DNA from: Azolla caroliniana
Lineage: Eukaryota; Plantae; Polypodiophyta
Direction: 5' to 3'
Assembly: GCA_043228905.1 (NCBI GenBank)
Contig: JBHGNT010000022.1
Span: 992,001-1,056,000, forward strand
DNA: 64,000 nt
Shown here piece after piece: positions 52,769 to 64,000 of the stretch; the first letter of the stretch is position 1; the number at the start of each line of letters is the position of its first letter. The notes under the pieces are model-generated. The model was given only the letters and a program-made list of their open reading frames with translations, made no database searches and was not told the origin of the DNA. A program made the position numbers and the translations under genes.

Positions 52769-55502
52769 GAACAGATCATAAAGGTTACCTTCTTTCAATA
52801 TTCAGTGAAGCTTGGAAGGTCATTATTGATTTCTACGAATGTAAGAATGCCAACAACTCAAAAACATTGGACTAACTAAGGTGTTTCAAGTTTGCAGTTG
52901 AAAACCTATTGGAGATGGATCTTCTCTTTCAAGGGGCCCACTAAATTTATTCTTTTTAGATGGCTATTAGTGCATGCAACTTTACGAGTTGGCTAATCAT
53001 TGAAAGGGAATGTAGCACCTAATCTCAAGCAATGTGGCTTTTGCTATGTAACTCAAGAGACTACTAAGCATGCCCTTTGGTCTTGTCCCTTGGGTATAAT
53101 GCCTCTTGGGTAATATGTCAAGCATATTACCCACATCACCATTATATACACTATAATACAATTGGCGGAAAGGATCAACCTTGTGTAGAAAACTCTTCAC
53201 TGTATCTGAATCTTTAGACACCTCTAGCTCATTTCCTTTCGTCATTCGCTTTTCATACTTCGCTTGTTCCAAATGAGTGATGAATGTACTTGGAATGCCT
53301 TCATTACTATCACCCAATTTTTCGAGCGAGGTGGTTTCTGCAATTATAAGCTTTACAAGAAATGCACATTATCCTAAAATCAAATATATAAGATATAATC
53401 ACACATACCCATTCTCTAAATACAATGATTTTGTTTTCAAGAGCCTTGTAAGATGATGTTTTTGGGCACGATTGCTCCACTTCTTCCTACGTATGCAGGG
53501 ATAACTTTTTCATCATCAACTCTTGTATCTTCATGTAAACCTTATGGATAAAAAATATTACACATAAAGGTTAGAATCAAGAAAAAATTAACAAAGCAAT
53601 CCAATAAAAAACAATGATCACATAGATTACTCACTTTTGAAACTTTGTGACCATTTCATCCAAGCTAAATTCCTTGGCGGCCACTCTTAATAATACAGAT
53701 ATTAAAAATCTGTCATCTTTTATCCCTTGCAATGACTGCCAAGGAAGCAACTTCATGTCCTCGGCTAATTCCTCTATCACCAAGTCACTTTTACGTGACT
53801 TAAACTTCATCTCCACTTGAGGGTCCAACTTAGCATTCTTTGAACGTTGACCCTTTATCTCTTTTCGCTCCCACATACTGAATATTCGATCCTTGATGTC
53901 CCACATCTCCCCTATTATGAAAGCAAGTTGAAACCCTGAGTCTTACTTTCTCAGGCCTTGAGAGTTTGTGCTTTCGTCAACTGCTATCCCCACTTCAAGT
54001 AGACATTGTCGTCGCAATCTAGGATGTAGCCAAGGACCAAATTTTTGGAAAGCATCAAGGTACTCGTGATGAAAGAACCTAATGCGCTCTATACATGACA
54101 TTGTTTGTCTATAGTCATTGTCATTATTGTGGTCCTAGGCTAGCAACTTGGCGTCTTCATGTGTAAGACCAACATACACTTTACATTCTAAATATTTGAA
54201 GAAGGGTGTAAGAGGATACTTCTTAACAAGTTGACGTCGGGCTTTAGCAGAGTGGGATCCTCCAATAACATAGTATGTATAATCATCTGCCAAACTGTAC
54301 TTGTAGTCTGCTACAGTTGGGCATTGATCAGGGTCTACCATTACTAAGAATGGCACAACAGTAGCATGTGGATTGATCTTCATTTTGCTTTTCGAATTTT
54401 GCACATGCACTGAATGCGGCTCTCTTATCTCTTGAGCATGTCTTCCTGTTTCTGGATCGATTGGAGGCCTCTAAATTGAACAAATCAGTAAATGAAACAA
54501 TTGTCCCTTACGTACAAGTTTAGTGTTTGCTATATTCTCACAAATCCGATTTTGTTCTGAGGTGAGGATTCTTGAGGCAATCTGGCCACCTAGAGGAATT
54601 ACTTCTAGTTGTGTATCTTCCTCCTCATCTTTGACAAACTCGAGAACTTTGAGCTCGTCGTCCTCAGGATGTTGCCGTTTCTTATATTTCTTGTGTTTTG
54701 ATTTTCCTTTTCAGGCAGTCTTAGGCGGGGTGCTTGCCTGCGTGACCACGAGTTCTCCTTTAATGTACGAGCGCAAAGCAACAATTAAGTTGTTCTTTGT
54801 TTGAACATCTTTCTTCGGGGCTTTGGGGTGGGAGGAGTCTGTTACAAAATTGCCAACATAAATTAGGACCTTTCGTAACCCCCCTGAGCTCTCAACATCG
54901 AGCAACAGGTTCAGTGAGTCATTGTCATATTCAATGTTCTTTATTTGCCCGTATGTGAAGGCCTTTCCCACTTGAAGCTTACCCTCAACTTTGAACATTG
55001 CAAATACGAGGAATAAATCCCCATCTTCCTCAATATAAATCAATGTTCATTCTACACGGAGGTAGTTCTTGAGGCGAGGCTTAACAGGCTTATCGGGTAA
55101 TATCTTCATAGCCCCGTCACCTACCGACTCAATCAAAGTTCTTCGAGATTCCAGTTTATTCACGTTGTCGGTAGGCTTCTTGGTCGGGGAGGGAATCTTT
55201 TGATGAGGTTCATTGCAAACAACAAGCAATAACATAATCATATGAAAATATTCTTTAAAATGGATAGATAAAATGTTAAAACCAAGAAAAAGTTGATTAA
55301 AATCAATAGAAAAGCCTCAAATTTTAATGTAATTTGTATTAGAAATACCTAAACAAATGCTAGTAAACTATCAATAAAATTACTATTTGTAGCACACCAA
55401 TCACAAAATTGTGTCCTTTCAACGGGAACTCGCTGCACTGCATCAAGTTCTCATTGAAAGCAACCTCTTTCAATGGGAACTCGATGTTCCTGTAGGAAGC
55501 AG

Positions 55503-58500
55503 TAGGGATCGACAACGGTTCGGTTTAGGCTTAGCCGGTTTGGCCTTATCCAAGCCAAACCGGCTAAGCCTAAACCGTTTAGGGGTTCTCAAACCTGAAC
55601 TGAACCAAACCGAACTAATCCCTAAACCGGTTTAGGGTAAACCGGTTTATGAACCGGCTTGTAAACCGGTTTGTGAACTTCATTACACAATTCTATTACA
55701 ATTTATCATTGAACTTCATAACACAATTTATCATTGAACAATCCCCCTCCAATATGTTCCAAATGTAGAATGGTTACAATGCTTAGAGAAAAACAACAAG
55801 AAAACATAAAATGTGAAATGCAAGGCAAATTTAACTAATAGATAATTAAAGAAAAACAATGAGAAAAAATTGACTATTCCAAAAATGTTAACTATTCCAA
55901 TAATTGATCGTCATAATATTCCAAAAAAAATCACTTGTCCAAGTATAGGTATTCAATAACATCATCCTCGGCAATAATCTCTTCTAAATTGATATCTAAA
56001 GTATCATATGCATCATTAATATCTTCAGGAATTGGAATATTAACACTATCAAGTAGATCTATCGAAGATCGTATGCACATCTCAGCCTTGAAAGTGCATG
56101 AATGCAACCGTTGCCTATCTTCGAAGTTATCACGAGCTTCGGAGTTAGCTTCCTCTAAAGGCACTGATGAAGCTGGAATAGCCAAATAATCGCATGCCAT
56201 TTTATACATCCTTGGAAAAATGGATTTGTTTCAAATCATAAAAAAAGATACTATCAAAATGTGTTCATTAATTACCAACAATAACAATTTTTTTTAATAC
56301 AACATGATGCAATATAGCTTGAAACTTGTTGGTAGACCACCAATGTAGAGGGTCTACGGAACTCTTCACTCGTGGAACCTTCAAGAAACCTTCAATTTCT
56401 GTCCGAGCTGATGATTCATGAGATTTGTCATTGTTCATATCCCAAATATCCAAAAAATCAAACGGAGATCCTTCACATGCATCTTCTGATAGAGAATCTT
56501 CGACATTAGGATCATGATATTGGGTTGTCAAGAAACTTTGCACCAATTCTATATCGAGGTCTCTCTCAATTGGATTAGGTGGTTTTGGAATTCTACACTC
56601 AAACAAAAGACACTATTAGTAAGAAAAAAAGATTAAAAAATGGGAATTTTCAATTAAAAACATTAGTACCTCGGGTCAACAAACATTGCGATTCGAGATG
56701 GAATAGATTTCAAGGATTCTTGGTACTTGATTAGATATTGTAAGCATTTGTTACTAGCCTCTTGTTGCACTTGAAGAGTAATCTTCTCGGAGGATGAATC
56801 AACCGAGTTCATATCCATAGAAATATATTTATTACAATGTGCTAATAAGTTGTTGAATGCAAGCGCGGCTATTGAGAGGGTCAGATACTTTGACCCACTC
56901 AAGTAATTACAAATTTTAGCAGGCACAAGCAACCATTGTTCCATACTTTGTATATGACTCCAATCTTCTATGGAGAGTGTATGGTCCACAAACTCATTAG
57001 CAATGACATTGTCACTTGTGGTACAAATCAAGACATCTCTTAATTTTAGGGATTGTTGATACATTATTAGGGTTGAATTCCATCTAGTAATGCAATCTAC
57101 ACATGGTGGTTCATGTTCTCCATTCTCATGCATGGTTTTTGAATATTTTTTAAATATAGCTCTACTCACTTTACTTGTGCGTATAGAATGTAATGTCTTC
57201 CTTAACTTCATAGTAGGAGTAATAACTTCTAATGCAAACTTTACACCTAGTTGATATGTATGCACCATGCATCTTAACATATGTGATGATTGTAAAATGT
57301 CTTGTCCATGATGACAAAGTAATAACCTAGCTAATTCTTTTGATGCAACTAGAGATTCACTAGCACCGTCAGAAGTTGTAGATAGAAGATGTGAAGTGAT
57401 ATTAAATGATTTTAGACGGGAGAATAAAGCTTTTCTGACACGTTTTCCTACCCCATCTCCTGGAAAGACATCTAGGAAGTCTAAAAGCACACTAGCCGGC
57501 TTAGTAGACTCGAAACAACCAAAATGTAAAGTCATGGGATAAAATCCTTTCAAATTGTTGTTTGTCCACCCATCAAATGTTATAGCATATCTAAAATTTT
57601 GTGAGGACAAATAAGTAATAACTAAATGGCAAAGAACAACATACATTCGTAACACTAATCTCTTAAGTGTACGAGATGATTTAAGTTGATAAGTGGGCAA
57701 GACTTCATGCATTAATCTCTTAAAACTAGAAGACTCAATATGTGCATGAGGTAGCATTGATGGGACTATGTATCTAACAACAGTACTATCAAACTTCTTC
57801 TCTAGAGTACGAAATATAGTTAATGTAGATGAAGTAGCATCTATGTTACTTTGGACAAGAACATTGCTAGAAGTTTGTGGTTGTGATGTGCTATTAATAT
57901 TATGCTTATCTAATAAATGCTTGGCGATAGAACCTGTAGATGTAGAGCTTGCCCACATCAAGTGACAATAGGCACATCGACGCTTATATGCATCTCGGTC
58001 CTTAATGGAGATCATGTGTTGCTCGATCCATGAAGTTCTTTTTCTTGCCTTTGTTTTGCCTCTAGGGGCTGATATTGATGTTACCTCTTCCATATCAATG
58101 TATGTTACTGTACCTATAAAATTTTGGTTATAAATGATAATGAATTCTTTTGAAATGTCCTACTCTAATCATGAGTTATTACATTGTGCCACATTGTGGC
58201 TCAATTTGACTATATCATTATTCATATATGTGCATAATTATATTGTGAATCTTACTTCATATATGTCTACATTGTAGATTGTAGTGACAATGATTGTGGG
58301 TATTACTTCATATGAGCCTTGAGGTAAAGTAATTTTAAATTGACTATAGTCTATAATATCATTATTCATATATGTGCGTAATTATATTGTGAAATTATGT
58401 GAATCTTACTTGTATGCTTTGTAAAATAGATGGAGATATGCACTTTGTAGGCTTGGAAGTTGGGAGCCGGGGCTGCACGATGCACGCAGGCGGCAACAAC

Positions 58501-58539
58501 AGGTTGTCGTTTTCCACTTTCTAGTATCTACTATGCAAC

Positions 58540-58574
<35 letters not shown>

Positions 58575-59058
58575 GCGCGCGCGTTTGTGTCGATGGACTG
58601 GTCACTATCTGTGTCGAGAGTCCTATTACCTAAGTCCGAGTTGTCTGTCTGTGTTGAGCAATGAGACTCGAGAGACTAAAGTCTTATTACCTAATTAGTA
58701 ATTCCTAAGTTGTCACTTTGGAGCCTGTGTGTACACAGTACACTCAGCACTGTAGACAATAGACTCATGACTCGTGACCACTGACTACTAGTTAGAACTT
58801 AGACTCTTGACTAATTAGAAGTTAGAACATAGACTTTCGTAATAAACTATAGTTACTAGTAATTACTAATTAAATCACTTAAACGGCTTAGCCGGCTTGA
58901 GCCGGCTCAAGCCGGTTTGGCGAGGCTCAAGCCAAGCCGAGCCGAGCTCAAACCGTTAAGGCAGACTCAAGCCTAAACCGAGCCGAGCCGAGCCGCTAAG
59001 CCGCTAAGCCGTTTTCAATCCGGCTAAGCCAAATGAGTCGAGCCGTTGCCGATCCCTA
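55503..59058 (-). mobile_element. Full-length hAT DNA transposon
   Basis: TIR TAGGGATCGACAACGG / CCGTTGCCGATCCCTA. The 8-bp TSD GGAAGCAG lies at 55495-55502 and 59059-59066. It encodes a transposase. Confidence 0.97.
55931..58093 (-). CDS. hAT transposase (BED finger, DDE core, dimerisation domain), 3 exons, about 661 aa; intron-2 acceptor mutated
   Basis: Exons 58093-56670, 56592-56326 and 56225-55931 join in frame. Motifs are CAYC..HLLDKH, TFDGWT, RCMVH, TRWNST, VDPR and WW..FPRMYKMACDYLAIPASSVPLE. Intron 2 ends in CAA instead of CAG. Confidence 0.88.
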
Positions 59059-59499
59059 GGAAGCAGTTAGGAACTCGATGTAGTGCATCGAGTTATCGAC
59101 GCAAAAATTGATTAAAGAAAAAAGAATATTTTAAGAATCTTTACAGAATCTTAAAAAACAGTTAAAAGGAGATACCTAGTAATTTTCTTTCCTTTGATCA
59201 TGGTATTGATAGAAAACGGAGAATTTGTGATTGATTTGTGCTCTTGTGCTTCTTGACACACGATAACGACAATAAGAAGATGACTTTACCTTATATAATA
59301 AATTTTTGCTTTTAAAATTATTTTAAAATGTGACTTATTATAAAAAACAAATTTGAACTATTTTCAACTCATTTGATCTTAGTTAGCTTTAGTTGAGATT
59401 TCCTCAACATCGAGTAAAAGTTCTATGTTTTTTCCATTGAGCCTTTTAAATTATCTGATAACTCATTATTCTCTATCGAGGAATATAACCATGTAAATA

Positions 59500-62002
59500 T
59501 GAAACAGTGCCATGTAGAGTCCAACGATAATGTTGGGCAAAGTTCAATTCACTTTTTTCGATCGATCCTTTTAGCTTAGGTAGACTACAAAATAATAAAG
59601 ATAATGTTGACGAGGATTGTGTCAATAAGCCTCTCAATTTTCGAAGAGTTCCTCGACAAGTTAGTATTAAAAGATACAATTTTTTGTGTTCAGATCGTGA
59701 AATTTCATTTGATATAAGCAAGCCACGCTATGGGAATCTATGTCTTCCGAAGTTTGGAAAGGCAAACTTGAGGGGGTTGCGGCATAGGTATTTATCACTT
59801 AATGGCGATGAACAAGATACTTTTTTGATTTCAGATATGTAACTTGTTAAGGACCATACGACATAGTCAACTTCAATGCATGTGGAATATTACCTTTCAC
59901 TTAGTATGAAGAGTTGTCGGGTTGCTTTCAAGATTTCTTATAGCATTGGTAACATGAGTCTCCAGAGAATTCAACATCGATAACGAATCTGGATGTAAGG
60001 GTCTAATTGGGCGGCATGCCGTTAGATGGACCGTTAGATGGATGAAGGTATATTTCTCGAAGCAATGTGATGTTATATGCCCACCACTAGAAGATTACAT
60101 TTGTTAGATAACTTCACTCGTTGTGAGGTGCACCAAGCGTATAAGGATGATATGTTATTAGAAAGTGTACCTTATATACAATATCGGCATTTTAATCGAT
60201 TATGGAGATTAAAGTTTAACAATGTGGTCATACCTTGTAAGGTCCGAATGGGTGTTTGTTTTGTATGTGGAAGTTTAAAAAGCATAGCAAAGAGTGGGAC
60301 AACAAATGAAGAAATAAAGAATTATACAGATTTATTAAAAGAACATCGGGAAAGTCATGCGTTGGAAAGATCTAAAGCTATGCACCATCTTCAAATAGCG
60401 CTTCAATCACCGGAAAGGTTCATGTGCTTGATTATAGATGGCATGGATAAGAAGAAAACTTGTTTGCCACACTTTCGAAGGTTGCCCAAGGATATTCGAG
60501 ATGAATGCCAATGCAGATGCACTTAGTAGGTTGTCTTGTGTTCCTAACTTGTCAGACAATAAGGCCTCAAGTGTTCCTAACTTATCCACAATGACCCTAA
60601 TCTTACAGTAACAGTCATGCAGAGAGTTTTACAGACTTGGCAAGGTATTCTTCCGTCGGTACTATACGTGCAACTAGACAACATGTTAGTAGAAAAGGGT
60701 ATATTAAAAAAGATTAAGGTCAACCACTTACTAGTTGGTCACACACATGATCACATAGATCAAATGTTTAGTAGGTGTTCCAAGAAATTAGTGACATGCG
60801 ATGCTTTCACAGTTCCTATGTTGTCAAAGTTGATCACTGAAAGTTATACCCCAAAGCCAAATGTACACCATTTAGATGAAGTTTATGATTCGTTGTAGGG
60901 TTCTTGCTCTGCTTAATAATATCAATTTAAACCACGTCTTCCTCATGTAAAAAAGTTCGGTCGGTCACAACCAAACGATGTTGTATGCCAAACAATACTC
61001 ATCTAGTTCGCAATGGGAGACCCAAGATGGATGTAGGCTCTTATTGCATTTTCCAGATACAGTAATCTATGGTACGCAACAAATGTCCTATGACGACCAT
61101 AAAAGATTGGTTACTGGTAGTTCGATTGAAGAACAAAACATATATATTGGATGCGGTGCCTTACGCAAAAATATTGAGCTTACCAAAAAGTATGCTGGTG
61201 ATCAGGATGTGGAATGGTGGGGTAGCTTCTTTAATAATCAACATGCGATATTAGATAACCACTTTGTGGGTTACTGGTCACTCCAAAATCAATTCAAATG
61301 GAATATTGGTGGCCCCTCAATGCCGAGCATGACTCATTTACAACCACTAGATAATCTTGAATTGAAAAATCTAGTTCGTCCACAACAAAGAGATATTTAC
61401 GTGGGACCAAGAATCTTGCATGCTGCAGAGGCAAGATGGCAAGGCAATCTACATGAGCTACAAGTTGGTATGTTGGTTGCAACATTGGCTGGGGGTGATA
61501 AGTTGGGCCATCACTTTTGGATTGCTAAAATCACCAAAATTATTAAGGACGAAGAAGTCAATCAAGTTCAATCCATCGTGGTTCATTGGTATCATACCTC
61601 TTCCCAAATGCATTTACTAGGAAGTACTCTTTAGAGATGGTTAAGGATGTCGGAGGCACAAGCAGAAAGCGGAGAAGACAGAATCTACCCAGCACATCTA
61701 CTCTGATACTTGATAATGTCGACATTCTAGTGTATGATGTTTCCTTGACAAAAACAAGCCATCTAAGATAGACTACAATGAAGATAATAAAAGCAAAGAT
61801 CCTAGATGTGCCTCTTGACGCAACACAGAGACAAACAAGGAGTATGTCTCATAATCACGGTGATGTTGGATTACAATTGGATGAAGACAATACGTTGGTT
61901 GCTAGTGACGATGAGGATGAGACCTCACAAAGTTCTTCTAGTTCATCTGATGGGTCTGAAGGGAAAGGCGTATCTTTGGGAAAAGATAGTTTTGATATAT
62001 GA
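59500..62002 (+). pseudogene. Decayed Sola/DUF7869-like DDD transposase with a C-terminal BAH/SH3-barrel-like segment
   Basis: Motifs CFVC, IIDGMD, LYVQLDN and LLVGHTHDHIDQMFSR, followed by LQVGMLVA..FWIAKITKI..IVVHWYH and an acidic tail. It has frameshifts and an apparent deletion after QLDN. The start position is approximate. Confidence 0.75.
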
Positions 62003-64000
62003 AATATAAACATTGTATTTTACATCATGATGGTGATTCATGAATATGTATAATTATAGGTGGTAGCCCTTTTGTAAAATTTGGAGCTACTCACTGAGGA
62101 TCATACGACCCGCCAACAACAACTATGTTTCTCTCATCTCGAAGGAACTTCACATCCGATTAGAAAGAAAAATATATAGATATATATATCTATTTTTTTT
62201 TTCATTTTATTGTCCAAGTGACTCTTAGTTGTTGAGTTACTGAGTAGTTATTCGACCTACTTGATTAGGACTAAACTTCCTGATCTGTTTTTTAAATTCC
62301 TCATAAAAAAAAAGCGTATGTAGAAAAATTTTATCAACAAAAAAATAACGAATCAGAAATAAAGATAAATTCAAAATTTGCCCATTCTTTTGTAAGTTTT
62401 GCGTGTTGATTATTTAGGCATTTTTGGAAAGCCCTAAATATTTGGACATGGTATAAATCAATTTATTTGGATTCAATTTTCGAAAACCTTTACGCATGCG
62501 GTACCCCTTTTTGTGAAATGACCTAGTTTATGCCTTTTTTTGATGAACAGTTCTTAAAATGCGACATATTACCTGTTTCAAATGACTCTTTTTCTTGGCT
62601 CAACAAATATGGAATAAAGTTTTTTATTTATTCCTAACGACCAATGTTGGTTGCTTGTTCTCATGGGGAGTAGCGGTGTGTGGAGTTTTACATTCCTGCT
62701 TGATGTTGTATGGGGCAGATGATATTCACGAGGCCATGACGGTACACAATAGAAGATTGATATCAGTTAGTCCATTTCACCAACCTCAAAAGTAGGTGCG
62801 ATCTATCTAGGTCTGAAAAACTGTGACTATGGTAACATTATGGTTATTATGGAAATGTAGATGTAGTCGACTTTATGATGCAACAAATCTTGGTCCTTCA
62901 GATGTACTGCTTGAGATATGGGAAACACTGCTGACGGTAGTCCGTGGGCAGTATGATAATATTTATGGTTCTCTAGAAAATGTTCATAAGAGATGGACGA
63001 AGCTTCCTCACTTATGGAGGAAGTTACCCCTCTTTGTAGTGTTAGATCAAGGGCCTCAATGGAACTATCGACTTCCATGGACTCTTTCTTGAATATCAGT
63101 ACATCATGGTAATGTGCCGTATCAAGGTTCAACACCCCTTTATAAGTTGTTTTTGTATGCATAGGTTTTGGTGTACATACAATGTATTTTATTCTACATT
63201 GTAAGCCTCTACGTAGATAACTTCAACTTGTAGACTTTAGACATTTTCAATACTATTGAAGAAAATCTTTTAAGGAAAAAAAGGGATGGCATATTGGGGC
63301 ATCTAAATACCTTCTCTAACTGTATCCATATAAGAAACATGATGTAGAAGGAGAGTTGCATAATTGTGAGCATATAGCTTGTTATCAAAACCATCAATCA
63401 CTTACTAATTAGTAACGTCATTTACCATATACTAAGGCATCGTGTATCAAACATACATATAGAGCCATGCAAAATATTACATTGTTTTTCTTTCATACAC
63501 TAACTTGCAAAGAAAATGATACTGTAAGACTATGAAGGCACCTAGATAGCATTTTTATGCAAGGATGATGGAAACACTAGGGAAAACATGTATAAAAATA
63601 ATCCCTAGTAATAAATAAGGTAAAATCAATTGTACCCAAGTTATTTTCTTCAATATCAAGTCTCATGGTAGTCAACTGGTAGAAAGACTAATAGGTCACA
63701 AGTTTATTCTAGAACAGTTAATTATAACACTATTAAGTTTTACAAATACATGAACATAAATTTACAAAAATATAACATCCATGAGTTAATTATAACACTA
63801 TTAAGTTTTACAAATACATGAAGCATTATTCACTACTGTACAATATTGATTTATGATGTACTTCAATCGGACCCCCCTCTTGAATATTTATTTTTATGCT
63901 TGTTGCAAGATATGATGTTGTAAACACTGAGCAAAACAGTAATGAATGCTTGATCCACCCTTGGACATGTGCTTACCCTATAGTTAGGGCCACATCCGCA

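Larger units (their letters stand above)
53094..59201 (-). pseudogene. Spliced gene encoding a ParB/sulfiredoxin-like domain protein, 3'-truncated
   Basis: Putative ATG at 59201, with intron 59175-55213 containing the hAT. Coding fragments run 55212-53094, including IREPHSVHVQN..PFLVMVDP..YYVIGGSHSAKARRQL..LLA*DHNNDNDYRQTMSCIERI. Several premature stops are present. Confidence 0.55.
53094..62593. mobile_element. Left-truncated two-gene DNA transposon (Sola/DUF7869-like transposase plus ParB-like gene) inserted in the L1
   Basis: The L1 frame resumes exactly across it (WSCP|LAQQIW), with CTTGG at 53089-53093 and 62594-62598. It contains two divergent decayed genes. The candidate right terminus is ...CAAATGACTC at 62588. 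Confidence 0.75.
44804..63280 (+). mobile_element. L1-type LINE, 5'-truncated and 5'-inverted, split by nested insertions
   Basis: 18-bp TSD AAGGGATGGCATATTGGG at 44786-44803 and 63281-63298, with a short A-tract before the right copy. The inverted part is 44804-44930 plus 49690-~50778 (WRPITLLN, QSGF, RQGCPLAP). The forward part is ~50779-52237, 52769-53093 and 62594-63280 (EFANDT, RYLG, CGFC..ETTKHALWSCP, LWLLWKCRC). Confidence 0.88.

Noticed and set aside
53108-53132. Hairpin considered as a Helitron 3' terminator
   Set aside because: There is no CTRR end, no TC start, no A|T target and no Rep/helicase sequence. The hairpin lies within apparent coding sequence.

Overview
AT-rich, intron-containing nuclear DNA from a land plant. 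A non-seed plant such as a moss is inferred from gene and TE content. Two intact host genes are present: a six-exon steroleosin/11-beta-HSD-like SDR (11848-14748) and an FHY1/FHL phytochrome nuclear-import factor (28360-30213). Most of the remainder is transposon DNA whose boundaries can be read from target-site duplications (TSDs). It includes four hAT-type MITEs, a full-length hAT whose deletion derivative lies at 851-1658, three related Ty1/copia elements, an older copia relic and a near-intact RTEX-like LINE. An 18.5-kb nest (44804-63280) is built on one L1 with an 18-bp TSD and a twin-priming-type 5' inversion. The most unusual object lies inside that L1 (53094-62593): a decayed two-gene DNA transposon. 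It pairs a Sola/DUF7869-like DDD transposase, carrying a BAH-like tail, with a divergently transcribed spliced gene encoding a ParB/Srx-like domain. That second gene is cut off where a DNA-methyltransferase-like motif appears to begin. All family assignments come from motif recognition by eye, not from database searches.
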